64,000 bases of DNA from Massalongia carnosa (lineage: Eukaryota). The notes below the pieces were generated by a model. It searched no databases. It saw only the letters and a list, made by a program, of their open reading frames with translations, and was not told where the DNA came from. The stretch covers positions 806,001 through 870,000 of the forward strand of contig OZ287071.1 of assembly GCA_965645245.1 (NCBI GenBank), read 5' to 3'. Positions 52,120 to 64,000 of the stretch are shown in pieces. The translations under genes were made by a program, and so were the position numbers. The stretch's first letter is position 1. Every line of letters starts with the position of its first letter.

Positions 52120-52888
52120 ATGTTCCGATAAGTTTATTGAGGATCCGGAGATGCTCTACACCTGAACCGTTGGCGCGGGTTTCGCAACCTCGCTAACTCT
52201 AACGGAGGATAATTGGCACTGTAGATTAAAGGGTATGCTTGCATTTGAATCGGCCAGATTATCCTTTCACTATAACGAAATCGAGATATGATGGCTCGTG
52301 GGGTTGACATTTCGATAGCAGATGCTGCAACGGGATACAGACCTTTGCGGGGGCGGGATATCTAAAAAAAAAAAAACCATGCGCAGGGGAGGGAGGGTAT
52401 TATTATACTTCACACATGGTGTGGAGAACTATAAACTTGGATAGTAGATGATAATACGGCTAGCGATTTTCATTTTATTCTTTGGTCTCCAAGATTTCGA
52501 GGTGATAACTCAAAGAAAGAATAAGATACTCCCCGACCCCGTGAGCTCAAGAGACTCGCTCATTTGGGATGCATATAAAAACCCATGTAAAAGAATGGGC
52601 CATGTCAGGTTCGTTGTCCAGGTCCTTGTAAATGCTAGATAGTCTATCATGAAAGTACAGTCGCTCCAACGCCTACACCTCCTTGATTACCATCCAGCCG
52701 TAAGCCATGACATGAATCTTATTCATGTCAACATGAGAACCCCGGTGATCGCCTCTCTAGAACTATACGATGTCCATATTCAAACCCCACTTGAGTGTTC
52801 CAATTCTCCAACGCGGATAAGGACAGGAGGCAAGGATCCGGCTTTAATACCAGAGACAGTAGCTAAAAGACCATAACATAACTATACC

Positions 52889-53912
52889 TTACATGAAATC
52901 ATCGTCACTATAGAGATTAGCTGAAAAACATAGCTTATGGAGTAGAAGTACTGACTCATCAGCGTCTGCTCCATAACTTGTGGTGTCTGCTCTCGAGCTT
53001 GTATCCCTGTTGGCTACAAGCGTGGCTTTATTCTTTGCAGCTTTCGTTTTCTTCCCCGTCTTTTCAGCTGCTTTCTCTTCCTTCATCTTCTCGTTCGATA
53101 ATGTAGTCAAGCCACTGGCAATTTTCTTAATCTGATCGCTTGGAAGGTCCTTCATAATCTGCTTTGTAAACTCCTGCATAAATATTGTATAATGAGCCTT
53201 CTTTGAGTTCGCCGCTAGGATGGGTGTCAATGCCTCGCGCAACTTTAGAAATTGGTCTTTGGTTGAGGGATTGAAAATGGGCAGCGAGGAAAGATCTATT
53301 GCGTTTGCTGGATCCGATGGATCAGCCACCACAGCAGCCTTGATAGCCCCACGATTTTTGTTGATCCCTACGTTGCCGAATAAATCCTCCGCGTGTTTGA
53401 GGTCCGAGTCCTGTTCTGTTCGACGTAGCCGCTCGCGCAGCGCAGCCTCGTCCTCGCCCTCGCTGCTTGAATCTTCGTCTTCTTGCGCTTTTCTACGCAT
53501 GGTTGCCATTCTCTTCTCTTCTATTCTTTGTGCCTTCGATTTTTTGTTGGCGGCTGCCTCTGCATCAGCTTTGGCTTTGGCTTCAGCGGCTTTCTTAGCC
53601 TTTTCAGCTTCCACTTCCGAGTCTTCAGCTGCATCCCAGGATTCAAGCACCTAGTCCCGGATCAATATGACCCAAAGTCTTTATATGCTTCTAAAGCACA
53701 TACATCACTATCATCTTCTTCATCATCGAACTTGGCCCGGCGGGGGATCACCGAAGGCGCATCCACAGATGATTCAGAAGAGCTGTCCTCATCACTGTCC
53801 TCTGAATTAAATTCAGGGTTAGCAAGTCAAACCCCTCATGCGGTGGGCGCTCAACTATTGTAAGACCCAGGCTTGGGCAATGCAACGAACCTCGTCTATC
53901 TGTTGGAGCCAT
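52889..53912 (-). CDS. hcr1: translation initiation factor eIF3 subunit J, spliced
   Basis: Acidic N-terminus with KFDDEED/VLESWDAAEDSE; EQDSDLKHAEDLF; IKKIASGLTTLSNEKMKEEK; C-terminal DDDFM. Confidence 0.93.
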
Positions 53913-54582
53913 CTTTGATGTGTTTGTTTTTTGGTGTCAATCACTTCAGGAGTAAGAGGAGGCTATGAGTATCTCTTGTGAGGCTGACAATTTTCTTTGA
54001 AGGTTCGAGTTATTTGTGGGGAAATTTTTGGCCGATATTTTTCGTGACGAAGCATGTGATGCGGCTTTAAGGCTTTCGGAACTCATACACAGTAGATACG
54101 TAGCTTGGTACAGAGTACTGTATGTACTCTGTACCTATGTCACTTTCAGCATAAGTATTACAGTACATCTTCCTACTCTCTACAACGCTTTAGCTTACAA
54201 TGATAATCTCGATATTACTTTTAACTTCATGAGATTAAATATCATATGACGATAATACCTGTATTTTAGCATTATGGCATGGCATTTGGGGGTGACATCA
54301 TCTAATAAATGCTAAGTTAGTTCGGAAATGGTATAGAAGATGATGGCAAGATTATGATTAGCGCATTTTTGCTTACCCGGGGAAAAAATGGGGGATGGTG
54401 CTGAGGTCGCATAGGTATGTACGGAATATGTAAAGGGGTTTCAAGGCGAATCGATACATGTTTGACTTTGCCAACACTTCATCTACTGGCATTGTAACAT
54501 CCAGCAAAAGGAACCTAGCTGGAATTGGCTCTATACCTAACTATCAAAGCCGAATGGATCCCTTGAGAAACAACCCAGCTGT

Positions 54583-56130
<1,548 letters not shown>

Positions 56131-56622
56131 TCAGCTTGGGGTTGAATAGGTTGTCGGCAAACAAGACAGTTCTGGTAGGAGTTGGATTAATCTTCGACAA
56201 GATGAAAATCTGATTGAGATGATTCTTCGGCTTCGTTGCTTCTTCACCAAAAACATGTGCTTTTGATAAACCCATAAGCATGATAATGGTAGCCATAGGT
56301 AAACGTGGAAGGCATTTCTTGATGAAAAGGTTGCATGACTAACCTTGAAAGCTCTTTTGTTTCGAATGTTGATTGTAAATTAGGGAAGTGATGGAGAACG
56401 TTGATGCAAAAAATCTTCCAGGAAGTTGAAGGTATGCCCAGACGAGCCGGTAAGAAAATCCCAAACCACCCCTGCTGCGATTGTGTTGGCCCAACCCCAC
56501 CTCTGCCTTATTGTATTGTGGTGGGGCAGTTTTTTTATGCGCATTAATACAGAGTACACAACAAGCTAAGGCTCCCGTTGTTTTCTGTAACTCTGTACAA
56601 AGCAGCAACGGCACCAACAAGG

Positions 56623-57905
56623 ATGTCCGTCTTATTCCAACTAGATATACCGGGCTTTCTTTCCTATCACAAGAAACACCACTTCTTAATCCTCTGTCTT
56701 CTTTGGGTCTCATTGGTGTCGAGTGTAGAACCCCCATTCCCCCCAGACGCTCTTCAGGAAATCCATCGACTCAGCAGCCTCTCCTCCTTAATCGATACCA
56801 CTAAATTACTCCAAAGCGTTGACCCTGCTGCAATCCAAGTTTACGCAAACAGCGGTGCCGAAACCAGCAATTCGCAGCCCAATCCTATCGCCAAATCCTT
56901 TCCTGAATCTGCCACAGGCACCATCAATGCCACACTCACGGTCTTGCCCATCGACTATGCTCTGGCACGAGCCATAATTCCAAGCAAATATGCTATACTG
57001 AAAGACAGTATATATTCAGCCTTGCCTGGCTTCCCTCCTAACAAATATCCCGTAAGATACTTGCTGTGATGGGAACACTTCTTTGGTTAACCAAATCGTT
57101 ATATAGCTTATGCTTTCGACCCAAATCGATCATGATGTGCAGTCAGGCGGGATTCATATCCCTGACTTCAGCGTACGCCTTATTCTGACCCCCTAGCTGT
57201 ATTCCCTGAGATGACGCCGACAGTCTGATCCATCATTTGCAAATTTAGATTGCATCATTTCGATTTCCTTTTGTCGATCTACTTAGTGATGGTTACTCCG
57301 CTTTCTCCTATGTGCCTACAGCTTTCGTCTCCAACGACCCGATTGCCATCGTAGGTGCGACTGGATACGGGCAAGAGAGCATCATAGCCAAATTTGATCC
57401 TCCCCATGATCCCTATGCCTTCGTACCCGCAGGGTTTGCTACAAGGGACGGGGAATATTATTTCAACGTTTACAGAAATAATATTCCAGTCCTGAACACG
57501 ACTTTTGCACCACAACCTGGTCAAGCGGGCCATGAGGGAGTCTATCCGTTGAGCTTGTAAGGCTGCTTGATTCATCTCTGTTGGCTCGAATTGGGATAAT
57601 CTAACGGCTTTAGTTACGCAAACGTCACAAACCAGCCGACGTTTGGCTGCCATGACCCTTTGTGCCTGCTCACCTGCGACAACATGATTCGCTTCTTCCG
57701 CACTAGAATTACAATCGGCGATTTCTCTCCCGTCGGCGTGACAGGATGCGTGTTTCTTGCCAAATCGTCTCTATCTGCCGTGAACTTCTTCCCAAATGGA
57801 ATGCGCTGGGAAGGCGTACATGGCGTGAAGTTGGATACAGCATTTCTCGAGAACAACTACAGAAGATGCTCGGACTTGAAAGGATATACATATATGGACG
57901 TTTAG
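56623..57905 (+). CDS. hypothetical, probably secreted fungal protein, spliced
   Basis: Same-strand ORFs 56578-57069, 57312-57560 and 57660-57905 linked by GT-AG introns; hydrophobic N-terminal segment. No family recognised. Confidence 0.65.
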
Positions 57906-57959
57906 TCGTATGACTGGATGAGAAAGGCTGACATGGGATAGACAGATAGGAAGGGATTA

Positions 57960-59184
57960 TTATCTGATATTGGTATACATGTTTATTTCTATGAAGTATG
58001 AAAGCCTGATAGATATTCTAATCAACGCAAATATATAAGAACCTAGGTAGCTAGCCAACCAAAGCCGTTTAATAAGCAGTGAAATATTCTCTTTAATAAT
58101 ATCTGCATAGCTCTTCCTCCACTTTCCCAGCCCTCTCTCTGCCCGATTCTTAAAATCCCTCCCTCTCCAGGCCTCCCCCTTTTCACTACCCCTATCACTC
58201 GCATTACCACCAAAGCTCTCCCAGTTCTCTCTAACCCTTTCGATCAGAAAAGAGTTGTCGATCTTGGAAATTTCCTGCAAGCATTTTGGGAAGAAAACGG
58301 GAAAGAATGGTGGGTTCCGGGCAGGCTCGTGAATACCTGCCTCAGGTAGGTATGTATATATGTACGAGACGGAAAGCAAAACAGCGGGGGGTTGGTTTAT
58401 CGAGGAGAACCTGGTGGCCTCAAAAGCGAAATTTAGATGTACCCAGCCAGGAAGCTTCGAAATGGGACGGTTATGTTTCACAACCGGGGAGGCAAGAACT
58501 TTTGAGGTCATTATTTAAGGACTACCCAATGCTCTATGGAATCTTCAGGCCTTAAACGACTTGGTTCCTTCACAAATCATCGATCATCATCCAAGCCCCC
58601 CTTACCCCCCTAACCTCCCCCTAAGCACACCCCCTTTTCCCCCGTCTAATATCTACCTCGCCTCTAACAAGTGATCTATTTCGCACGTGGCATCTTCGCA
58701 CAACATCTTCACTGGGTTCATCGCAGCGACGATAACGTCCATCATCGCTCCCTGGCCCCTAACCGCCACCATGCCCATCACAATCCCGCCCTTGACCCCG
58801 CCGCGCACCTTACGTCCCCACGCGTACAGATTCCGCATGTGATACACGGCCTCCATCTCCCGGGCCTAGTCCCGGTTATCGAGAGTGTGCTCTCAGGGCG
58901 TGTGCGATGAGCAGTAGGTAGTTTATCAGTGATGGTTAGTAAGGTTCCACGTCCGCGTGGTTGCCGTAGAGGTCCCAGGCGTATGAGTTGCTGGCGCGGT
59001 ACTGAGGAACAGTAGGTGTGCTAGTAGGTGGCGGCGGCTGCGGTGTAGACGCGGTCAAGGTAAGGAAGAGCTTGCGCTGGTGGAGGGAGGTGACGGAAAA
59101 GGTAGAGCGATGGAAGTACCAGGCTTGAATATGTTCGTCGCTGATGACTGATACAGCGCTTAAGTCAAGGGAGGATTCAACCAT
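57960..59184 (-). pseudogene. possible fragmented or degenerate hypothetical gene
   Basis: Three short protein-like minus-strand ORFs (58936-59184, 58653-58856, 57960-58511) that I cannot splice cleanly. Confidence 0.25.
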
Positions 59185-59828
59185 GGGCAGGGGCGGGATC
59201 TAAGGGATGTAGCTTTCATGATTGAGTGATGTTTTACTCTTGATGGTTGTGGAACGAGAGCAAAGCCGAGGGGATTGCTCATTGAGATTGAGAGGGTCAT
59301 GGGGTGAAGGTAAGCCAGGCACGTGCAGGCGATAGGACAAGCATATTAAAGAGAATATTTTATGACGGGGTTTGGAAGAAATCTCCTCCACCATCACCGA
59401 GTAAGCTTGATGCTGGTTGGGCCCATCAATTATGAGAGGATAATGAGTGAGCTTATCTTAGGGTATACCAAAGAAGTGATGGATGGTTCTGGTGTAATAG
59501 TGAAAATATGAGAAGCCAAAAGGAGGGGATTTGAGGAGAGAGATATTGATCTGCGATTGGCAGCGGGGAAGGATAAAATTTTTAAGAAGAAAAAACTTGG
59601 GCATCGAAACTGGAATTTTTACCTTCTAGCACTTCTGGAGATGTTTTGGGATAGCCTTTTTCTTTCCGTGACTGTTCTGGATGAAGTGAGCCCTGTCTTC
59701 CGATTCATGCATAGCAGTTTCGTCTCCGCACGGACGAGGAGCTAACTAGCTTAGAATCACGGTGTTGTTGGTCTTATATAATAGTAAACAGTACTTTTGA
59801 TTCGTACTGTAGCCCTGATTATATTGAC

Positions 59829-61096
59829 TTATGTGGACCATATCACCACTCTCCCATCTACACCGCTTGCTGGGACATGTTAGATGGAACCTCAAGAAGT
59901 CTATGACTAAGACTTACTGCTAAATCTCGTTACAGCTCCGCCAACTTCATCATATGCTCTGAGAGTAGCAATAGTGTTTTGGTGCACAGTCTTCAACTGA
60001 GTGTCATCTTTGCTTTTGCCTTTCAGATCCATCTGCCTGAACATATTGAGAGCCGACTCTTCGCGAGTATCTCCTAATCCCGGTCTTCCTTTTGATTCCA
60101 TAGAGCCTACGATCTGCCAACCTTGCTCGCTCCCTTTTAACCGATACGCTTCGCAGTCCTGAAGCAGATTAATATATATCCTTTAGCATCAGAACTGTTA
60201 ACTTACATATCCGGCAGCAATGATTTCACTTTCCCCGTTCCATATCAAGCTCAGAAAGGGAAGAAGCTGCGTACTGAGGCTTACCACGGCCGTTGGTGGC
60301 AGGTCAGGACCACTTGGATAAACTACAGTAATGCTGCTATCATGAGCTGTGAACGCAAGGGCGTTGCCGCTTGGTGAAAATGCACAACCATGTATCCAAC
60401 CAGCGGAGTTATTCAGATACTCGCCACACACAGTATTGAAAGGAAGACGTTCTCCCCACACACTGCTTTCTGGCCTGGCATCAACTCCTTTAATGAAGCT
60501 AGAAAAGACTCTCGCATGTGCATCCGTAGATCCAGCCGCCAGAAGCACCGAGTTCGGATGCCACGCCACGGTGGTAATGGTACTTCTTATAGGTCTCTTC
60601 AGATGCTTAGACACCCACCAGTCGTTTTCTTCTTCGAAATAGCATATAGAAATTATCCGTGCTCCAGATCCCACAGCAAACTTAAGTTCAGAGGGTGACC
60701 ACCGCACAAATGTTGCGGCGCGATTAATGCGAAGAAGAACCAACGTTGGCTTCCAACCAGAGGAAGATGGCTCCCATACATATGCATTACGGTCTGGCAT
60801 CACTGACGTTAGTATGTGATTCTCAAGATTATACAAGGATCTTTTTTGTAGATGTAGATTAGGCATGACGGACCTTGCGAGCAAGTAACAATTCGCCCAG
60901 TGTTAGGTGCTATATCTACGCTTGTAACGGTTTTGTCATGTCCCTTGAGTTCATCCTGAAGATTGAATTTGCCCCCCAAACGATTGTACAGCTCCACGTT
61001 GTTGTCTCGTGCAACAGCCAGAATTTGCCTATCGGCGGAGAAGGAGTGGTCCGCGATTGGGTGATGAAAGAGATGATGGACCTCGGGAGCAACCAT
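59829..61096 (-). CDS. arc40: Arp2/3 complex WD40 subunit ARPC1/p41, spliced
   Basis: HDKTVTSVDIAP...IVTCSQ/DRNAYVW, WKPTLVLLRINRAAT, ENDWWVSKHLK, WHPNSVLLAAGSTD, SALNMFRQMD, TVHQNTI. Confidence 0.96.
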
Positions 61097-61432
61097 CTTT
61101 TCCTAAAGCCTTTCGGTAGGAGTAGCTCTCTACTACCTCTGAAGTTTGGAATGGCAAAGAGGTCTGAGTTGCTTTGTTTCTTCGAGCCACCGGCACGTTC
61201 CGCAGGTTGTCCTGCGTCATATCATGGCTTCAGCTTCATCTTCAACTCTATCTATCAGGCGCTTATACTTATTACCTCCTTTTTTTCACAAAGTGGAATA
61301 TTTAAGAGGTACTCGTTTCACGCAAGCATCCTAAACAATCAACTATCGCATCCTCTAGTCTACTGCGAGCTTATGGGCTTCTAGCTCTCCCTACGAATCT
61401 GTGCTCGTCCCAATTGAGCACCCAGGTCGCTG

Positions 61433-63023
61433 ATGGCCTCTCATGTTGTGGTGGTTGACTCGTCAGCTCGTCGGGCTGTTATCAAAACCTCGCCGGGGAA
61501 GTTTCTGAGTGACATTTTGCACGAAGCCTGCGAGAAACTTAGTTTGGATTCGAGTCGTTACGGCTTAAGGTACGTAATGATCGTCCTGAATCTTGTACAT
61601 TGGGCTACATCCATAGCCACCTTCTGAGCAGTGCTAATTTGGTTCACGGAGTAGGAATAACGGTAGATCGCTGGACCTAGCCCGAACGATCCGTCTATCT
61701 GGGCTTTCGTCCGGCGCAAAACTTGAGCTCATTATACTCTCACGCTCGGCATCCGTAGTTTCAGTTGCGTTACAACTCCCGGAATCGGAAGCGCAGGGAA
61801 ATTCGAATCAGCGTTTGACAGACAAATTTACAAGCACGACCTCTTTATGGCTCATGCTTCGGAAATTTGAGTCTGGTGTCGCTGGGGAGCTTATTTCCAC
61901 TAGAAACTTTACCGCTAGAGGTTCTCCTTTGCTAGATGATGGTTCCACAGGGGCAGGAAGGCTGTACTATGAAACTCCAGTAATACAAGTTATGGGGAGG
62001 GAGCTTGTCTCGTTTGCGGAATTACAAAAGACGTTGGGCCAGTTAGGATTCAATGGTGGTAGCACCTTGTTGCGCCTGAGCTTTAGACTTACAGAAATTC
62101 CTCTGGAGGAGGCTATGGAAGAAATTGGTAACTATTTTAAAGCTGTTGGGGAGGATGAACCTGAAGGAGCCCACGTTGGAAGCATAACAGTTTCTGAAAG
62201 CCTATCGAAACCCTCTCAATTTTCATTGTCAGAGGTCGAGCCAGAATCCTTGGATACTCCGGAGCCTATAAATACTCAAGCGGACGAAGAAATATCTACG
62301 ACCCAGCAAACGATTTCGCCCCTTCCATCCGCCAACCAAACAATCAGCGGACCGAACCAACGACCTATCTCCGTTTTCGCCGCACCGACTTCAACAACTC
62401 TTCATGCTTCACTTCAACCACATGACGAACGAGACTACGAGCCTACTGTTGATCACGCAAAGTTGCACCAATCCCGCCTTGCGTCCTCAACCCGTAACAG
62501 ACGCCTACCCACCGATGCAGAAATTGCTGCACAACAGGAGGTTCAAAAACAGAAAGCGGCAGACGTTAAAGAAGTCAAAATAAAGATTCGTTTTCCAGAT
62601 CAGACGCAAGTAGTCAGTACTTTTTCGAATTCAGATACGTCCACTACATTGTATGATTTTGTAATAGGACTTTTGGAGAATGAGAAGGAGCCCTTTTTGC
62701 TAAATTTCAGCGCCATGAGTGGACCAAAATCCATCCCAAGGGAAGGCGCGGTAAAATTGATTGGGGGATTAGGGATGGCTGGGGGAGTGTTGGTAAATTT
62801 CATATGGGACGAAGGGGCAAGTTTTGAGGCGCGGGGAGCTAACGTGCTGAAAGAAGAGTTTCGGGAAAAGGCTAAGGAGATCGAAGTTAAGGAGGTGAAG
62901 GTAATCGAGGTTGATGACAAACAGGATAAGGGTTCTGCGGTAGGCAAAGAGAAAGATAGCGAGGGTAAAGGAAAGGGAAAGGGAGGCTTGCCAAAGTGGT
63001 TGAAGCTGCCAGGGAAGAAATGA
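61433..63023 (+). CDS. TUG/ASPL-like UBX-domain protein (Ubx4-like), spliced
   Basis: N-terminal TUG-UBL (SHVVVVDSSARRAVIKTSPG...LSGLSSGAKLEL); UBX IKIRFPD; C-terminal PKWLKL. Confidence 0.88.
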
Positions 63024-64000
63024 ATCCGGCTTTGCTGCATGGTTAGAAGGCTGAAGAAAGGGTCTGTAAGATGAATGATGAGCATGAGCCAATGATAAGA
63101 CGCTAAAACCACACTGGGATGCGAGCATCTGCACGGCGTCTATAGAGCATCATTGGATTACCGCTGCAGATATGTCAATGGAGCTGTTCAGCTAACGAGG
63201 CTCATGAGCGCCACGCAGCGGCTAGCTTTTCAAGAGGCTTCTGAGTAGCAGTACATGGTCCTTGACAGACAATTTTTCATCTCAGCTCGCACTAACTGTA
63301 ATCCCAACCCTTTCTCTTCCCAGCGTTCCCGCGTCATTCGTCTCTCCGCCCAAGCTTAACTCGTCCGTGCAAGCCTTCCTCCACCTAATGACCCGCACGC
63401 CTTGACTCAGCAATGACGCCTTGCAGCTCGTCAACCTTTCGCTTCGCGCGGCCGAACGTGCCGAGCTATATATCACCACCACCGCAATTAGCATATGAGC
63501 TTTACCAATCCACCTCAATGCCCTTGATATGTTGGTATTTGTAAAAACGGGAAAAAAGCATAGATATCTTCCGAATCCAAGCGCATTCGATGAAACGTGG
63601 TCGTATGGAAAAAGCTAAGACTGTCGAAAGGGATACGTACTCGCTTCTTGGCCAGTTTCCGTGCGCGCTTGTCTTTGCTATTACGGAGGAGTTCGATGAC
63701 GCGACGTTCGTAGGGGGCGAGTCTATATAATCAAAATAATGATTTAGCTTCTGGAGTCTAGAGTGGATGATAGTAAGGGTGCATTGCGGAATGAACCAAA
63801 GGAGAATTTCCAAGCGGGCCTAAAATGTACAGGACATCCTCGATAGACAAAGCCATATACATTTCACCTTCGTAAGCCAATAAGGACGATTAAGGTGCTC
63901 CAGGTAATATTGAAGTCAAATCCCGGCACTTAGGCGGAGAAAGCAACTCTTTATGACCAATGGCATCACAAAAAAGAAGCAACATACCCAGAAACCTCCT

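Noticed and set aside
63282..63813. Short minus-strand ORFs at the window end
   Set aside because: No recognisable motif or convincing splice structure; they cannot be supported without the adjacent sequence.

Overview
Eukaryotic, intron-rich genomic DNA from a filamentous ascomycete (Pezizomycotina; GT-AG introns with CTAAC/CTGAC branch points). It carries about 18 nuclear genes: BAR-PH-ArfGAP, M20 peptidase, GAP1-like amino acid permease, CFEM protein, MFS transporter, 14-3-3, SERCA-type Ca2+-ATPase, a head-to-head RAD7/RAD16 pair, a Ser/Thr kinase, eIF3j, enolase, ARPC1/ARC40, a TUG/UBX protein and several hypothetical proteins. DNA transposons are interspersed: two related pogo/Fot1 (DD35D) elements, two tandem Tc1 (DD34E) elements and a Tc1-derived miniature element. 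Main points for follow-up: (i) the RAD7 start codon is apparently assembled by splicing at a NAGNAG acceptor; (ii) a TAC(A/G)GAGTA motif recurs only upstream of gene starts; (iii) the pogo TIRs contain a hairpin with a compensatory change; (iv) one Tc1 copy shows a non-canonical CpC->TpC RIP-like signature; (v) the Tc1-derived miniature element has a non-TA flanking duplication. No rRNA, tRNA or CRISPR array was recognised. All calls are by eye and no database searches were run.
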